The notes beneath the pieces were generated by a model, which was not told the origin of the DNA, did no database searches, and was given only the letters and a program-made list of their open reading frames with translations. Position numbers and translations under genes: made by a program. From Ranitomeya imitator (lineage: Eukaryota), in the NCBI RefSeq assembly GCF_032444005.1, contig NC_091286.1:433814001-433878000 (forward strand): a DNA stretch of 64,000 bases, written 5' to 3'. Position 1 is the stretch's first letter. Each line of letters opens with the position of its first letter. This document shows, piece after piece, positions 21,926 through 34,113 of the stretch.

Positions 21926-22310
21926 GGCTGTGCTGTATACTACATGTCTGTGCTATATGCTACATGGGCCGTGTTATATACTACGTGGGCTGTGCTATAT
22001 ACTACATGGGCCATGTACATGGGCCATGTTATATACTATGTGGCTATGCTATATGGGCTGTTATATGCTACGTGGGCTGTGCTATATATTACGTGGCTGT
22101 GTTATATATTATATGGGCTGTTATATGCTATGTGGGCTGTGCTATATACTACATGGCTGTTCTATATACTACATGGGCCGTGTTATATACTATGTGGCTG
22201 TGCTATATACTATATGGGCTGTTATATGCTACATGGGCTGTGCTATATACTATGTGGCTGTGTTATATACTACGTGGGCTGTGTTATACACTACATGGCT
22301 GTGTTATATG
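21926..22310. repeat. ~20-bp minisatellite (gctgtgctatatactacatgg-like) inside the hAT-like element
   Basis: Many degenerate tandem units; explains the three repetitive overlapping ORFs here. Confidence 0.9.
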
Positions 22311-23289
22311 CGATCATAAATCGTGGTATGTGTTAAAGGGGGGGGGGGCCCACTGAGACTCTTTCGCCCAGGGACCTCAAAAACCTGGAGCCGACCCTGA
22401 GAGGACCCTTGGGTTCATCGGACTCTGGTACAAGAACTCTACCAGAACCTCGTAGAACCCGAACTTTGATGCTGTGGAGCTGCCAAAGGAAGCAGGGGGC
22501 CCTCCACAGAATCCCTCAATCTTACAAAAAAAGTTACATATAATTTTATATGCATTTGTAATTTACCGTTTCCTTTTTTTACACAATGTAGAATATTTGA
22601 TAAGACTTCTAATGACACATTAAAGAAATTCTACTCTAATCATTGGTATTAACACTTTTCCTTTCTGTAAAATATATTTTTGATTCTTTTTTTACCCAAT
22701 TTAGATAATAAAATACATTGAAATGTTTCAGGACTCCTTTAACTTTTACGGATAGTAAAGCCAGAGAAATTCACAATGGCAGAAATAGTTCAGATGAACT
22801 GCTTATTTCATGGTTATGCTTAATGACTTTACAATTACTTCTGGGATTCATCACATCAAAGACATTAACAATAATACACAATGCGGACAAAGTAAGGAGC
22901 TGCCTTGTGCTTGCAATAAAATGTGCAAGATCAGCTCTGCATTATCCAGGGAACATCAGAGTACTTATTGCTGTACTTGTTACGGTGAATGTTGTGGGAA
23001 TTTCAGCAAAAAAAAAAAAAAATCAATTCTGGGTGGAAGCATTGATAGCAGGCTATTACTGTACATTATTGCAACTTTAATAAAACGGGATTAGAATGGT
23101 GGTTAGTTTTAAAAAATAATTATAAGGAAAAATTATATATATAAACACTTTTTCGAGATCTCACTAATCACCTTTAAGGCATTTCCCATGAGACTAACAG
23201 AAGATTTTCCAATCTCCCAATATAGATATTCAAATTTGATTCCCAATGCTGTTCTCAGTGACAGCAGCTTTTTATGGGAGCAGGGTATT

Positions 23290-23431
23290 TTTTTTACTTA
23301 CCAAAGGTGTTTAGCCGTTTGGATATAAAACTTCACCAATTTATTAGTACAGCTTAAGAGGATCCAGGTACACTAAAAATAATTCAGCAAGGCAAAAACC
23401 GACGCGTTTCAGATATAGAACTGTTCACTAG
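23290..23431 (-). mobile_element. Penelope-like terminal relic with a degenerate hammerhead-like motif
   Basis: Minus strand ctagtgaa-cag..ctg-aaacgcgtc; the GAAACGCGTC end motif is typical of Penelope-like termini. Confidence 0.4.
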
Positions 23432-24240
23432 ACATGGTATATTTTTACTTTGATCAGTTATCATTTAGTTAAATGGACAGGAAATGTTTAGTGTTTATTC
23501 TTTTTTTGTCAGCTGTTTTGATCTCTCAAAATTTCTACAGCAATATACAGGTGACAAGGAGAGCGGTTGGAATATACCTATCTTGCATGGCCATGCAAGT
23601 CGCATGACTCCCGAGGATTAATCCCATTGCTCTGTGACTGCAACTGTCCGTGCTGTTGGCAATTTCAAGGGGTGGAATTGCTGACAGACTCGCATTAAAC
23701 TGACGCATTTTACATCCAGCGTAGCCTTATAGTTGTAAATAAAAGACAACCTCGCTCCATGTGATCACTAACACAAATACTTGGTGATCAGACAGCAGAG
23801 AACTTTTCAGCATCTTTTTACATATGGAAGTATAGTAGTGATATAGTTGAATAGGTGGTGGCCCCTCCATTATAAATGTTTTTTTTGTAGAGATACGATG
23901 TTTGCTAACAAATCTAATGTAGAAGGGAAACATAAATTAGCATGGAAGTGTTTTGAGGCGTGTTAGTGTACTTGGACAGCTTCTTCCTAGTGCATTGACA
24001 CGTCCCATTGCACTTCAAATCTGATTTGCATATGGCTTCTAAGCTACATTTCTCATGACTGGTACATCAGATCTATAAAAAAAAAATATTTCTATTGATG
24101 GACAAGCGCCTATTCAGCCATATTACTACTTTCACATATTTAATAGAGTCATAAGGAAGTAATAACTCTTGCTTACTATATTTCTATGAATATAACATTA
24201 TGTGAACAGTTGTAAACTATAAAAACAGGATATGCACCTC

Positions 24241-24956
24241 TGTAACATTATACATCCAGATAGACAAGAGATTCAGAGATCCAAAGAACCAGAGACTCTT
24301 AAGAAAACCAAAGCCAGGAACACTCTACAGGATAGCTGCCAAATAATGGATCCATCATGAGGGACACAGATTTGACATTCTACAAGGTGCCACCTTAGGA
24401 GACCACGGCCCTGGCTGAAAAAATACAGATCTGCTAAATTGAACATCATAGATGTGATTGTGGTAGTCAGGATTTGGACCCACCAGTCACCTTTAACCCC
24501 ATAGATATGTTTGGGAAAGCCAGGATTGGGACTCACCAGTCACCTGATTCTATGGAGATGTTCAGAGAAGCCAGGTTGTTTAATTCTGATCACCTGGTCT
24601 TGTACCTCAATGGACCATCAGCTTCCTTAGCTTGTCGTTACCTTCTCTGTGTGCATCATACAGGTGGGGTAGTCAGTCCTGGAAGCTCTGATGAAACAGC
24701 TGCTCTTATCCTGGTCAGCGGAAGGGTGAGACTCTGTAATTTGTTGGGTAATTTTCAGGGACTGTTCTATATGTTATATGCCTGTTCAATAAAGTATTGC
24801 CACATGGTTTTACCTTCACCCTGTGTGGTCTGAGTAGTATTATGCCCACGGTAAAAAAAAAAAAAAGTGGGCGTTCAGTGGGATGATCCCTGGTCCATAC
24901 GGTTTATGCTTTAGGCTAGCGGACTAGAGCACCCGCTGACCCTGAGTGTCTCCACA
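24241..24956 (+). mobile_element. Solo-LTR-like relic
   Basis: TGT...ACA candidate ends, AATAAA at 24788, internal ~53-bp duplication; no matching TSD found. Confidence 0.45.
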
Positions 24957-25989
24957 GTTACTATATATTCAAGTCAAAATGTATAGTTTGTCTCACAGGC
25001 TTGTGCTGTACAGACCAATAATATGCTGACCAAAGACTACAAATAATAGTCCAAATAATACGTCCTTGTGCCTCATCTGGAGACACACAGAAACATTTTC
25101 TCACAGAAGTTCACTCAAGCTTATAAAAAACTGTCCAAGTTTCGACCAGAAAAAAATGGTTGATTTTCAACTCAATTAGCACCCATACTGGTATCTCTGT
25201 TATCTGAGTTGAAAACTATTAATCCCCCAGACATGGCTTACAGCATGGGACAGAACAACGGAGAGGTGAGCGATATTGTTGTTTTTTTGGTTTGCTTTAT
25301 TACAGAAATCGAGGTCTTCAATGGAATTAAGCGTTAGCCGAGTATAACTTTGTTAGTTATTTTTAACCCCTTAAGCCCCAAGGGTGGTTTGCACGTTAAT
25401 GACCGGGCCAATTTTTACAATTCTGACCCCTGTCCCTTTATGAGGTTATAACTCTGGAACACTTCAACAGATCCTGATGATTCTCACACTGTTTTCTCGT
25501 GACATATTGTACTTCGTGATAGTGGTAAAATTTCTTCGATAAGACTTGCGTTTATTTGTGAAAAAAACTGAAATTTGGCAAAAATTTTGAAAATTTTGCA
25601 ATTTTCCAACTTTAAATATTTATGCCCTTAAATCACAGAGATATCTCACACAAAATACTTAATAAGTAACATTTCCCACAGGTCTTCTTTACATCAGCAC
25701 AATTTTAGAACCAAAATTCTTTTTTGTTATGGAGTTGTAAGGGTTAAAATTTGACCAGCAATTTCTCATTTTTACAACACCATTTTATTAGGGACCACAT
25801 TTCATTTGAAGTCATTTTGAGGGGTCTATATGATAGAAAATAACCAAGTGTGACACCATTCTAAAAACTGCACCCCTCAAGGTGCTCAAAACCACATTGA
25901 AGAAGTTTATTAACCCTTCAGGTGTTTTACAGGAATTTTTGGAATGTTTAAATAAAAATGAACATTTAACTTTTTTTCACACATTTACT

Positions 25990-27310
25990 TCAGCTCCAAT
26001 TTGTTTTATTTTAACAAGGGTAACAGGAGAAAAGGGACCCCAAAAGTTGTTGTACAATTTGTTCTGAGTACGCGGATACCCCATATGTGGGGGTAAACCA
26101 CTGTTTGGGCGCATGGCAGAGCTTGGAAGGGAAGGAGCGCTATTTGACATTTCAATGCAAAATTGACTGGAATTGAGATGGGACACCATGTTGCGTTTGG
26201 AGAGCCCCTGATGTGCCTAAACATTGAAACCCCCCACAAGTAGACCCCCTAAGGAACATATCTAGATGTGTGGTGAGCACTTTGACCCACCAAGTGCTTC
26301 CCAGAAGTTTATAATGCAGAGCCGTAAAAATAAAAATCATATTTTTTCACAAAAATGATTTTTTGCCCCCAATTCTTTATTTTCCCAAGGGTAGGAGAAG
26401 AAATTTGACCCCTAAAGTTGTTATGCAATTTGTCCTGAGTATGCTGATACCCCATATGTGGGGGTAAACCGCTGTTTGGGCGCATGGCAGAGCTCGGAAG
26501 GGAAGGACCGCAGTTTGACTTTTCTATGCAAAATTGACTGGAATTGAGATGGAACGTCATGTTGCGTTTGGAGAGCCACTGATGTGTTGTGTTGTGAGAG
26601 CTTTAAACCCCCAAGTGTTTCACTACAGTTTATAACGCAGAGCCGTGAAAATAAAAATTATTTTTTTTCCCACAAAAATTATTTTTTAGCCCCGAGTTTT
26701 GTATTTTCCCAAGGGTAACAGGAGAAATTAGACCCCAAAAGTTGTTGTCCAATTTGTCCTGAGTACGCTGATACCCCATATGTGGGGGGAACCACATGGC
26801 ATGGCAGGGCTCGGAAGGGAAGGAGCGCCATTAGGAATGCAACCTTAGATGGAATGGTCTGCAGGCGTCACATTGCATTTGCAGAGCCCCTAACGTACCT
26901 AAACAGTAGAAAACACCCACAAGTGACCCCATATTGGAACCTAGACCCCCAAAGAACTGATCTAGATGTGTTGTGAGAACTTTGAACCTCCAAGTGTTTC
27001 ACTACAGTTTATAACGCAGAACCGTGAAAATAAAAAATAATTTTTTTCCAAAAAAAATATTTTTTTATCCCCCAGTTTTGTATTTTCCCAAAGGCAACAG
27101 GAGAAAATGGACCCCAAAATTTGTTGTACAATTTGTCCTGAGTACGCTGATACCCCATATGTTGGGGTAAACCCCTGTTTGGGCGCATGGGAGAGCTCGG
27201 AAGAGAATGAGCACTGTTTTACTTTTTCAACGCAGAATTGGCTGGAATTGAGATCAGACGCCATGTCGCGTTTGGAGAGCCCCGATGTGCCTAAACAGTG
27301 GAAACCCCCA
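25990..27310. repeat. Four ~320-380-bp tandem units inside the piggyBac-like element
   Basis: Anchor ttgt(c/t)ctgagta(c/t)gc(t/g)gataccccatatgt recurs near 26059, 26430, 26754 and 27132. Confidence 0.85.
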
Positions 27311-27322
27311 ATTGTAACTGAA

Positions 27323-27401
27323 ACCCTAATCCTAGCCCCAACCCTAACCCTAGCCCTAACCCTAGCCCTAACCCTATACCTAACCCTATACCTAACCCTA
27401 A
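27323..27401 (+). repeat. Telomere-like (CCCTAA / CCCTAG / CCTAT) array
   Basis: Tandem hexamer variants of CCCTAA over ~80 bp. Confidence 0.85.
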
Positions 27402-28261
27402 TGGGAAAATGGAAATAAATTTTTTAAATTTTATTATTTTTCCCCAACTAAGAGGGTGATGAAGGGGGGTTTGATTTACTATTTATACCTTTTTTAGTGG
27501 ATTTTTATGATTGACAGCCGTCACAGACGAAAAGACGCTTTTTATTGCAAAAAATAGTTTTTGTGTCTCCACATTTTGAGAGCTATAATTTTTCCATATT
27601 TTGGTCCACAGAGTCATGTAAGGTCTTGTTTTTTGCGAGACGAGTTGACATTTTTATTGGTAATGTTTTCGGGCACGTGACATTTTTTGTTCGCTTTTTA
27701 TTCCAATTTTTGTGAGGCAGAATGACCAAAAACCAGCTATTCATGAATTTCTTTTGGGGGAGGCGTTTATACCGTTCCACATTTGGTAAAATTGATCAAG
27801 CAGTTTTCTTCTTCAGGTTAGTACGATTACAGCGATACCTCATTTATATCATTTTTTTATGTTTTGGCGCTTTCATACGATAAAAACTAATTTATAGAAG
27901 AAATAATTATTTTTGCATCGCTTTATTCTGAGCACTATAACTTTTTTATTTTTTCGCTGATGATGCTGTTTTTGGCTCGTTTTTTGCGGGACATGATGAT
28001 ATTTTCAGCGGTACCATGGTTATTTATATCCGTCTTTTTGATCGCGTGTTATTCCACTTTTTGTTCGGCGGTATGATAATAAAGCATTGTTTTTTGCCTC
28101 ATTTTTTTTTACCGCGTTCACTGAAGGGGTTAACTAGCGGGAGCTTTACAGGTGGGGTCGTTACAGACGCGGTGATACTAAATATGCGCACTTTTATTGG
28201 TTTTTTATTATTTAGATAAAGAAATGTATTTGTGGGAACAATATTTTTTTTTTCTTTAGGA

Positions 28262-28293
<32 letters not shown>

Positions 28294-29211
28294 GTGAATA
28301 TTTTTTTTTCTCCTTATAACATTGCCCCACGGGGGGCATCATGCTATAGGGTCAGATCACTGATCTGACACTTTGCAGAGCACTGTGTCAGATCAGCGAT
28401 CTGACATGTAGGGCTGCAGGCTTATCAGCGCTTGCTCTGAGCAGGTGCTTGGTAAGCCACCTCCCTCCAGGACCAGGATGTAGCCCTGCAGCCATTTTGG
28501 ATCCAGGCCCTGCAGGGAGGAGACGCTCGGTACAAGGTGAGCACATCGCCTGGTACCGAGGGTCTCAGGGAAGAACGCAGGGAGCCCTTCCTGCGCGATG
28601 CTTCCCTGTACCGCCAGAACACTGCGATCATGTTTGATCGCAGTGATCCGGGGGTTAATGTGCCAGGGGCGGTCCGTGACGGCTCCTGGCACATAGTGCC
28701 AGATGCAATAGTCAGCTGACACCCGGCCGCGATCGGCCGCACTCCCCCCGTGAGCGCGGTCGATCGCATAAGCCGTACTATCCCGTCACTGGGAACTAAG
28801 TCCCAAGTCACCTCGACAGGATAGTACGTCATATGGGATTAAGGGGTTAAATAAAAATGGAAAACTGTGTTTTGTTTTATTTGTAATGAAAGACTTTATT
28901 CTTGTTGTGTTTTTATTTACCAAATAACTATAGGATTAGTAATGGATAGATGTCTTATAGATGCCTCTCCATTAGTAATCCGTGGGCTTGATATCACCAG
29001 ACAGTACAAAGGTGACATCAACCCCACAAATATGAATCCCACTTGCCACCACTACAGGGCAAGCAGGAAGAGCCGGGCAAAGCGCCAGAATTGGCGTATC
29101 TAATAGATATTCCTTTTCTGGGCAGCTGCGGGCTGCTAATTTTGGGCTGGGGGTCAATATCCATGGCCCAATTACCAGCCTGAGAGTAACAGCCCCTAGC
29201 TGTCAGCTTTA

Positions 29212-29406
29212 GGCTGCCGTCACACTAGCAGTATTTGGTCAGTATTTTACATCAGTATTTGTAAGCCAAAACCAGGAGCGGGTGATCAATGCAGAAGTGG
29301 TGCATATGTTTCTATTATACTTTTCCTCTATTTGTTCCACCCCTGGTTTTGGCTTACACATACTGATGTAAAATACTGACCAAATACTGCTAGTGTGACG
29401 GCAGCC
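29212..29406. mobile_element. Young Harbinger-type MITE (195 bp)
   Basis: 65-bp TIRs with 1 mismatch; TTA TSD on both sides. Confidence 0.9.
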
Positions 29407-30124
29407 TTAGCGAGGCTGACTGTCAAAAATGAGGGGGAACCCACGCCTTTTTTAAAATTTAAATAATTAAAAAAAAAAAAACAGCATGGGGACCCCTCTA
29501 TTCTTGATGACCAGTCTTGCTGAGGCTGACAGCTGTGAGCTTTGCCTGGCTGGTAAGGCCGGCATCACACTAGAGAGAAATACGGACGAGTGAGAGGCGC
29601 AAAAACAACGCATTGCACTCGGACCAATGTTTCTCTATGGGGCAGCTCCCATCAGCCATATATTTCTCGGCCGTATTTTACGGGCTGAGAAAATCGCAGC
29701 ATGCTGCAATTGTCACCATATTACGCCTGAAATACGCTAATGCAAGTCTTTGGGTGCGAGAAAAACTCGCACACCACACGGACCGTCAGTGTGACTTGCG
29801 AGAAATACGCAGCGGTGTTCTATAGAAAAGCTGGCAATTCAGTGCGGTGTACAGCAAAATCACACTGACAGGTTAAAATAGAATAGATAGAATAAATGTC
29901 TACACATATGAATAGGTATATATATCTATATACAGTATGTCATTGACACATTATATATATATATATATATATATATAAGAAAATGGAACAGCACAATGCT
30001 CACCAATGGTGGGTGCCCAGCCCCCTGGATAAAAATGGTCCAAACATTAATCCAACATGTATACCAAATAGCAAAAAGAAGGCAGCACTCCAAAAGTTTC
30101 AGATGAAAAAGAGGTGAAGTTTTA

Positions 30125-30903
30125 GGCTATATTCACACTTAGCGGTTTTTACCGCGGAACCGCTGCGATTTTGATGCTGCGGGTCCGCAGCAGTTTCCAT
30201 AGCGTTTACAGTAACATGTAAACCCTATGGAAACCGCAAACCGCTGTGCACATGCTGCGGGAAAAACCGCGCGGGAACGCAGCGGTTTACAACCCGCAGC
30301 ATGTCACTTCTTTGTGCAGAATCGCTGCGATTCTGCACCCATAGGAATACATTGAACCGCTTACTTCCCGCATGGGGCTGTGCCCACGTTGCGGGAAGTA
30401 AGCGGATAATGTGCGGGTGGTACCCGGGGTGGAGGAGAGGAGACTCTCCTCCAGGCCCTGGGAACCATATTTGGGGTTAAAAAATAAAAAATCTGGTTAT
30501 ACTCACCCTCTGATGTCCTGAGCTCCTGGGCGCTGCACGCGGCCGTCCGGTCAGAGTTGCTGTGCGACCAGGACCTGCGGTGACGTCGTGGTCACATGAC
30601 CGTGACGTCACGAAGGGTCCTTCTCCCACAGCATCTTAGGAACCGGACCGCCGGGTGCAGCGCCCAGGAGATCCGGACATCAGAGGGTGAGTATAACCAA
30701 TTTTTATTATTTTTAACATTACTATTGATGCTGCATATTGCTGCATATGCAGCATCAATAGTATAGGCGGAAACCCGCAGCGGAAAACGCGGAACAAACC
30801 GCGATAAATCTGCAGGGAGAACCGCAGTTGTTTTGCCCTGCAGATTTATCAAATCCGCTGCGGGAGAACCCGCAGGGACCCGACGCAAGGTGTGAACATA
30901 GCC
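30125..30903 (+). mobile_element. Harbinger-type MITE (779 bp) in the Penelope terminal region
   Basis: TIR ggctat(a/g)ttcacac; flanks tta/taa; same family as 49771-50548 in opposite orientation. Confidence 0.85.
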
Positions 30904-30910
30904 TAAATCG

Positions 30911-30965
30911 ACCCACATCACTGCGCGACGTTTCGGCTCCCTGAGCCTTTTTCAAGCAATGGGTG
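30911..30965 (-). ncRNA. Minimal variant hammerhead ribozyme motif
   Basis: 5'-ACCCATTGC-TTGAAAAA-GGCTC-AGG-GAGCC-GAAAC-GTC-GCGCAGTGATGTGGGT: 5-bp stem II, palindromic ACGT stem III, GUC site (30929-30927), partial stem I. Confidence 0.6.
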
Positions 30966-32140
30966 TTAACAATGACTGTGCTTTTATAAAAACAATTTCA
31001 ATAAATTTGCATATTACAATTGCCATCAATAAATATATAAACAAACAGTTGTACAGTGTTCTTATATCGTGCATATAGTATCTCTTTAGTGCAATATCTG
31101 TGTCTATTAAGGTGCTTTGTGCTATGTTCTTTATAAAATATTACACTTCCCCGTTATCTCCTCTGTTTCACAGACTCTCATTAGCATATATTTATATTAA
31201 TATTCATAGTGATCACACTTTATGACCCTCACCTTGCCGCTACCTGATGACTCCACATGGAGGACTCTGTATCGGCCGTTATCGGCGTTCATATAACTCC
31301 ATTGCGCATGTCTACAAATCCAATTACTATGTCACACAATGTCGGCCAATAGGAGTTCCAATATGCTTTCATTTTACTAGCGCATGCGCACTAGCGTTAT
31401 GTCCGCGCCGCGGCGCCATCTTGGTAGTGGCAGAACATTCCGTTATATCTATATGCGCCACTATTACGATCAGGCACCAGCGCTCATTTTACTATTATGT
31501 GGACCACTGATCTAATCTTGTATCAGCGCTCTAGACGAGCAGCTTTGTACTTTATATCAAATGAGTAGTACTAAGTGCATTTAGGCTGTATGTCTAAAGA
31601 ACGGATAATATTCCTTAATTGGATACAAAATGGCTATGAGGATATATAAATCACTCAGACATAACGGATGAAAGCCTTATTCAGGCTATCTCCCTTAGTC
31701 TATGTTGTTCCAAGAAGACGTACAGCCTCTCCAGGCCATAACATCGTACTTTAGAACTAACAAAAAAGTGAACATCTACTGTACCATATATCCAAATATC
31801 AGACAACAGCTATTGATATTTCATTTGCAGACATTTTTATTATGAATAAGGAACTTTTACCATAAGTCGACATTCGTGACAAGCAAAAATAGGCAGAGCA
31901 TTTTATAAGAAATTAAATTTCATTATCCAAAAAGAACAGAGAAAAAAATTAAATGATTAATTTGATGCCTCCATATGGGTACTTCATCAAGCGGCTGGTG
32001 AGGAAATATAGAAGACCCACCGGTCATACGGATATCTATGAAACAACAAAAAAATATTAAAATCATAATAAAATCAATGCACTCTTGAGAGTACAACCAG
32101 GAGCCTATATACATCCAATTCAGAATTACATCATAGGAGA

Positions 32141-34113
32141 TTATCTCATACTTGACTGGATTTTAAATTCTACATTAAGTCCTTTTGGTTTTAAAGTGTT
32201 CAACTCGTAAATCCATCTCAATTCTAATTTTTTTAGAAGGCATATTCTATCCCCTCCTCTCCTCTGTATGGGAACCCTATCTATTATTTTACATTTAAAG
32301 GGAACCTGTCACCCCGTTTTTTGAGATTGAGCTATAAATACTGTTAAATAGGGCCTGCGCTGTGTGTTCCTATAGTGTATGTAGTGTACCCCGATTCCCT
32401 ATGTATGCTGAGAAATAACTTACCAAAGTCGCCGTTTTCGCCTGTCAATCAGGCTGGTCAGGTCGGGAGGGCGTGGTGACATCGGTGGTTCTTCCTCAGC
32501 TTTACGTTGGTGGCGTAGTGGTGTAGTGGTGAAGACACAGCGCGCGATCTGCGCTGTAATCCCTTGCATCGGTGGGGGCGGCCATCTTCCTGGGGCCGCG
32601 CGTGCGCAGATCGAGTGCTCTGCTGCACGGGGCTTCAGGAAAATGGCCGCGGGATGCCGCGCGTGCGCATTAGAGATCGCGGCGGCCATTTTCCTGAAGC
32701 CCCGTGCAGCAGAGCACTCGATCTGCGCACGCGCGGCCCCAGGAAGATGGCCGCCCCCACCGATGCAAGGGATTACAGCGCAGATCGCGCGCTGTGTCTT
32801 CACCACTACGCCACCAACGTAAAGCTGAGGAAGAACCACCGATGTCACCACGCCCTCCCGACCTGACCAGCCTGATTGACAGGCGAAAACGGCGACTTTG
32901 GTAAGTTATTTCTCAGCATACATAGGGAATCGGGGTACACTACATACACTATAGGAACACACAGCGCAGGCCCTATTTAACAGTATTTATAGCTCAATCT
33001 CAAAAAACGGGGTGACAGGTTCCCTTTAAGGTCTTTTTCTGTATGTTGAAACTCTGTAAAATGTTTCGAAACCGGAAGATCTAATCGCTTTTTCCTTATT
33101 GAGTGCCGATGGTTATTTAAACGCATTTTTAACTCACAGGTCGTTTCCCCTATATACCACAATTTACAAGGACATTCAAGTAGGTACACTACATAATCAG
33201 AGTTGCATGTCAAAAAATGTTTGATTGTATATACCTTATTTGTCTCTGGATGTTTAAATGTAGAGCCTTTTAATATGTTTGGGCAGTTTACACAGGACAA
33301 ACATGGAAAGCAACCTCTTTGAGTCCTGCCTGTAATCGTGGTCTGACTGGAATTTTTTAAAGAACCAATATCTGCTTTGACCACATAGTCTTTGATGTTT
33401 TTAGCCCTACGATATGAAAATAATGGGGGCTCCCCTAGTTCCTTAATCCTTGGTAAGCAATTGCCTAACATCCCCCAATGTTTTTTAATAATGTTTGCCA
33501 CCGCACCACTTTCCTCCGAGTAAGTCATCACACAAGGAACTCTACTCAATCTTCTTTTTCCATGATCATTGTTTCTTAATAGACCTTTTCGATCTTTTTG
33601 CATAACTTTATTTCTAGCAATGTCAATCACATTTTGAGGATATTTCCTTTTTAGAAATTTTTTTGCTAAATTATCCATAACTCCATCCATCTCTTTGTCC
33701 TCTTTCACAATCCTACGCACTCTTAGAAGTTGACTAAAAGGTATTGACCTCACCATACTGCGTGGATGTTGGCTGTCATATGTAAGGAGATTGTATGTGA
33801 AAGAGACAGATAAGAACAATGTAGTTGTTAATACTCCCTCGTTCTGTGTCACAGATACGTCTAGAAATTGTATTTTAGTTCTGGAGAAGTTTAAAGTAAA
33901 TTTAATTGTATCATCTATTCCATTTAGGAACTGATGAAAATTATTCAACTCTTCTTCAGTATCTTTCCATAGGAGGAAGACATCGTCTATGTATCTCCAC
34001 CACACCAGAACATGCCGGAAGTGGTGGGACACATAGACGAGGTCTTCCTCCAAGGTACTCATTACCAGATTTGCATATGCGGGGGTCATATTGGCCCCCA
34101 TGGCTGTACCTCT
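32141..34113 (-). pseudogene. Penelope RT C-terminal half + GIY-YIG endonuclease, split by a MITE
   Basis: GTAMGAN...RYIDDVF...VVY..YIGET..MRLNNH. After removing 32299-33029 the frame continues EKDLK-CKIIDRVP...ELRWIYELNTLKPKGLNVEF...MR* (TAA at 32143-32141). Confidence 0.88.
32299..33025. mobile_element. Kolobok/T2-type foldback element (727 bp)
   Basis: TTAA TSD; 344-bp arms perfectly complementary apart from an 8-bp duplication in the left arm; 31-bp loop. Confidence 0.92.

Larger units (their letters stand above)
15627..22399. mobile_element. hAT-like non-autonomous element that hosts Gypsy element 2 and a minisatellite
   Basis: TIRs cagggccggc / gccgaccctg; 8-bp flanks agcggacg / agaggacc (6/8). 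Confidence 0.55.
25367..28846. mobile_element. piggyBac-like non-autonomous element (3.48 kb)
   Basis: TTAA-CCCCTTAA...TTAAGGGG-TTAA termini; no transposase. The flanks rejoin into a sequence homologous to 45900-46260. Confidence 0.75.
29977..34113 (-). mobile_element. 5'-truncated Penelope-like retroelement (probably Neptune clade) with two MITE insertions
   Basis: RT YIDD, Cys-rich linker CFPCLSCVNC, GIY-YIG endonuclease, long 3' UTR and terminal region; 3' end abuts (TA)n. Confidence 0.88.

Noticed and set aside
21767-22356. Three overlapping 129-189 aa ORFs rich in Y/C/G/A/V/L
   Set aside because: They are translations of a 20-bp minisatellite.
31244-31270. CTGATGA-CTCC-ACAT-GGAG hammerhead-like start on the plus strand
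   Set aside because: Followed by GAC rather than GAAA, no stem III or cleavage triplet, and antisense to the Penelope element.
32420-32904. Near-identical ORFs on both strands
   Set aside because: A consequence of the palindrome, not of genes.
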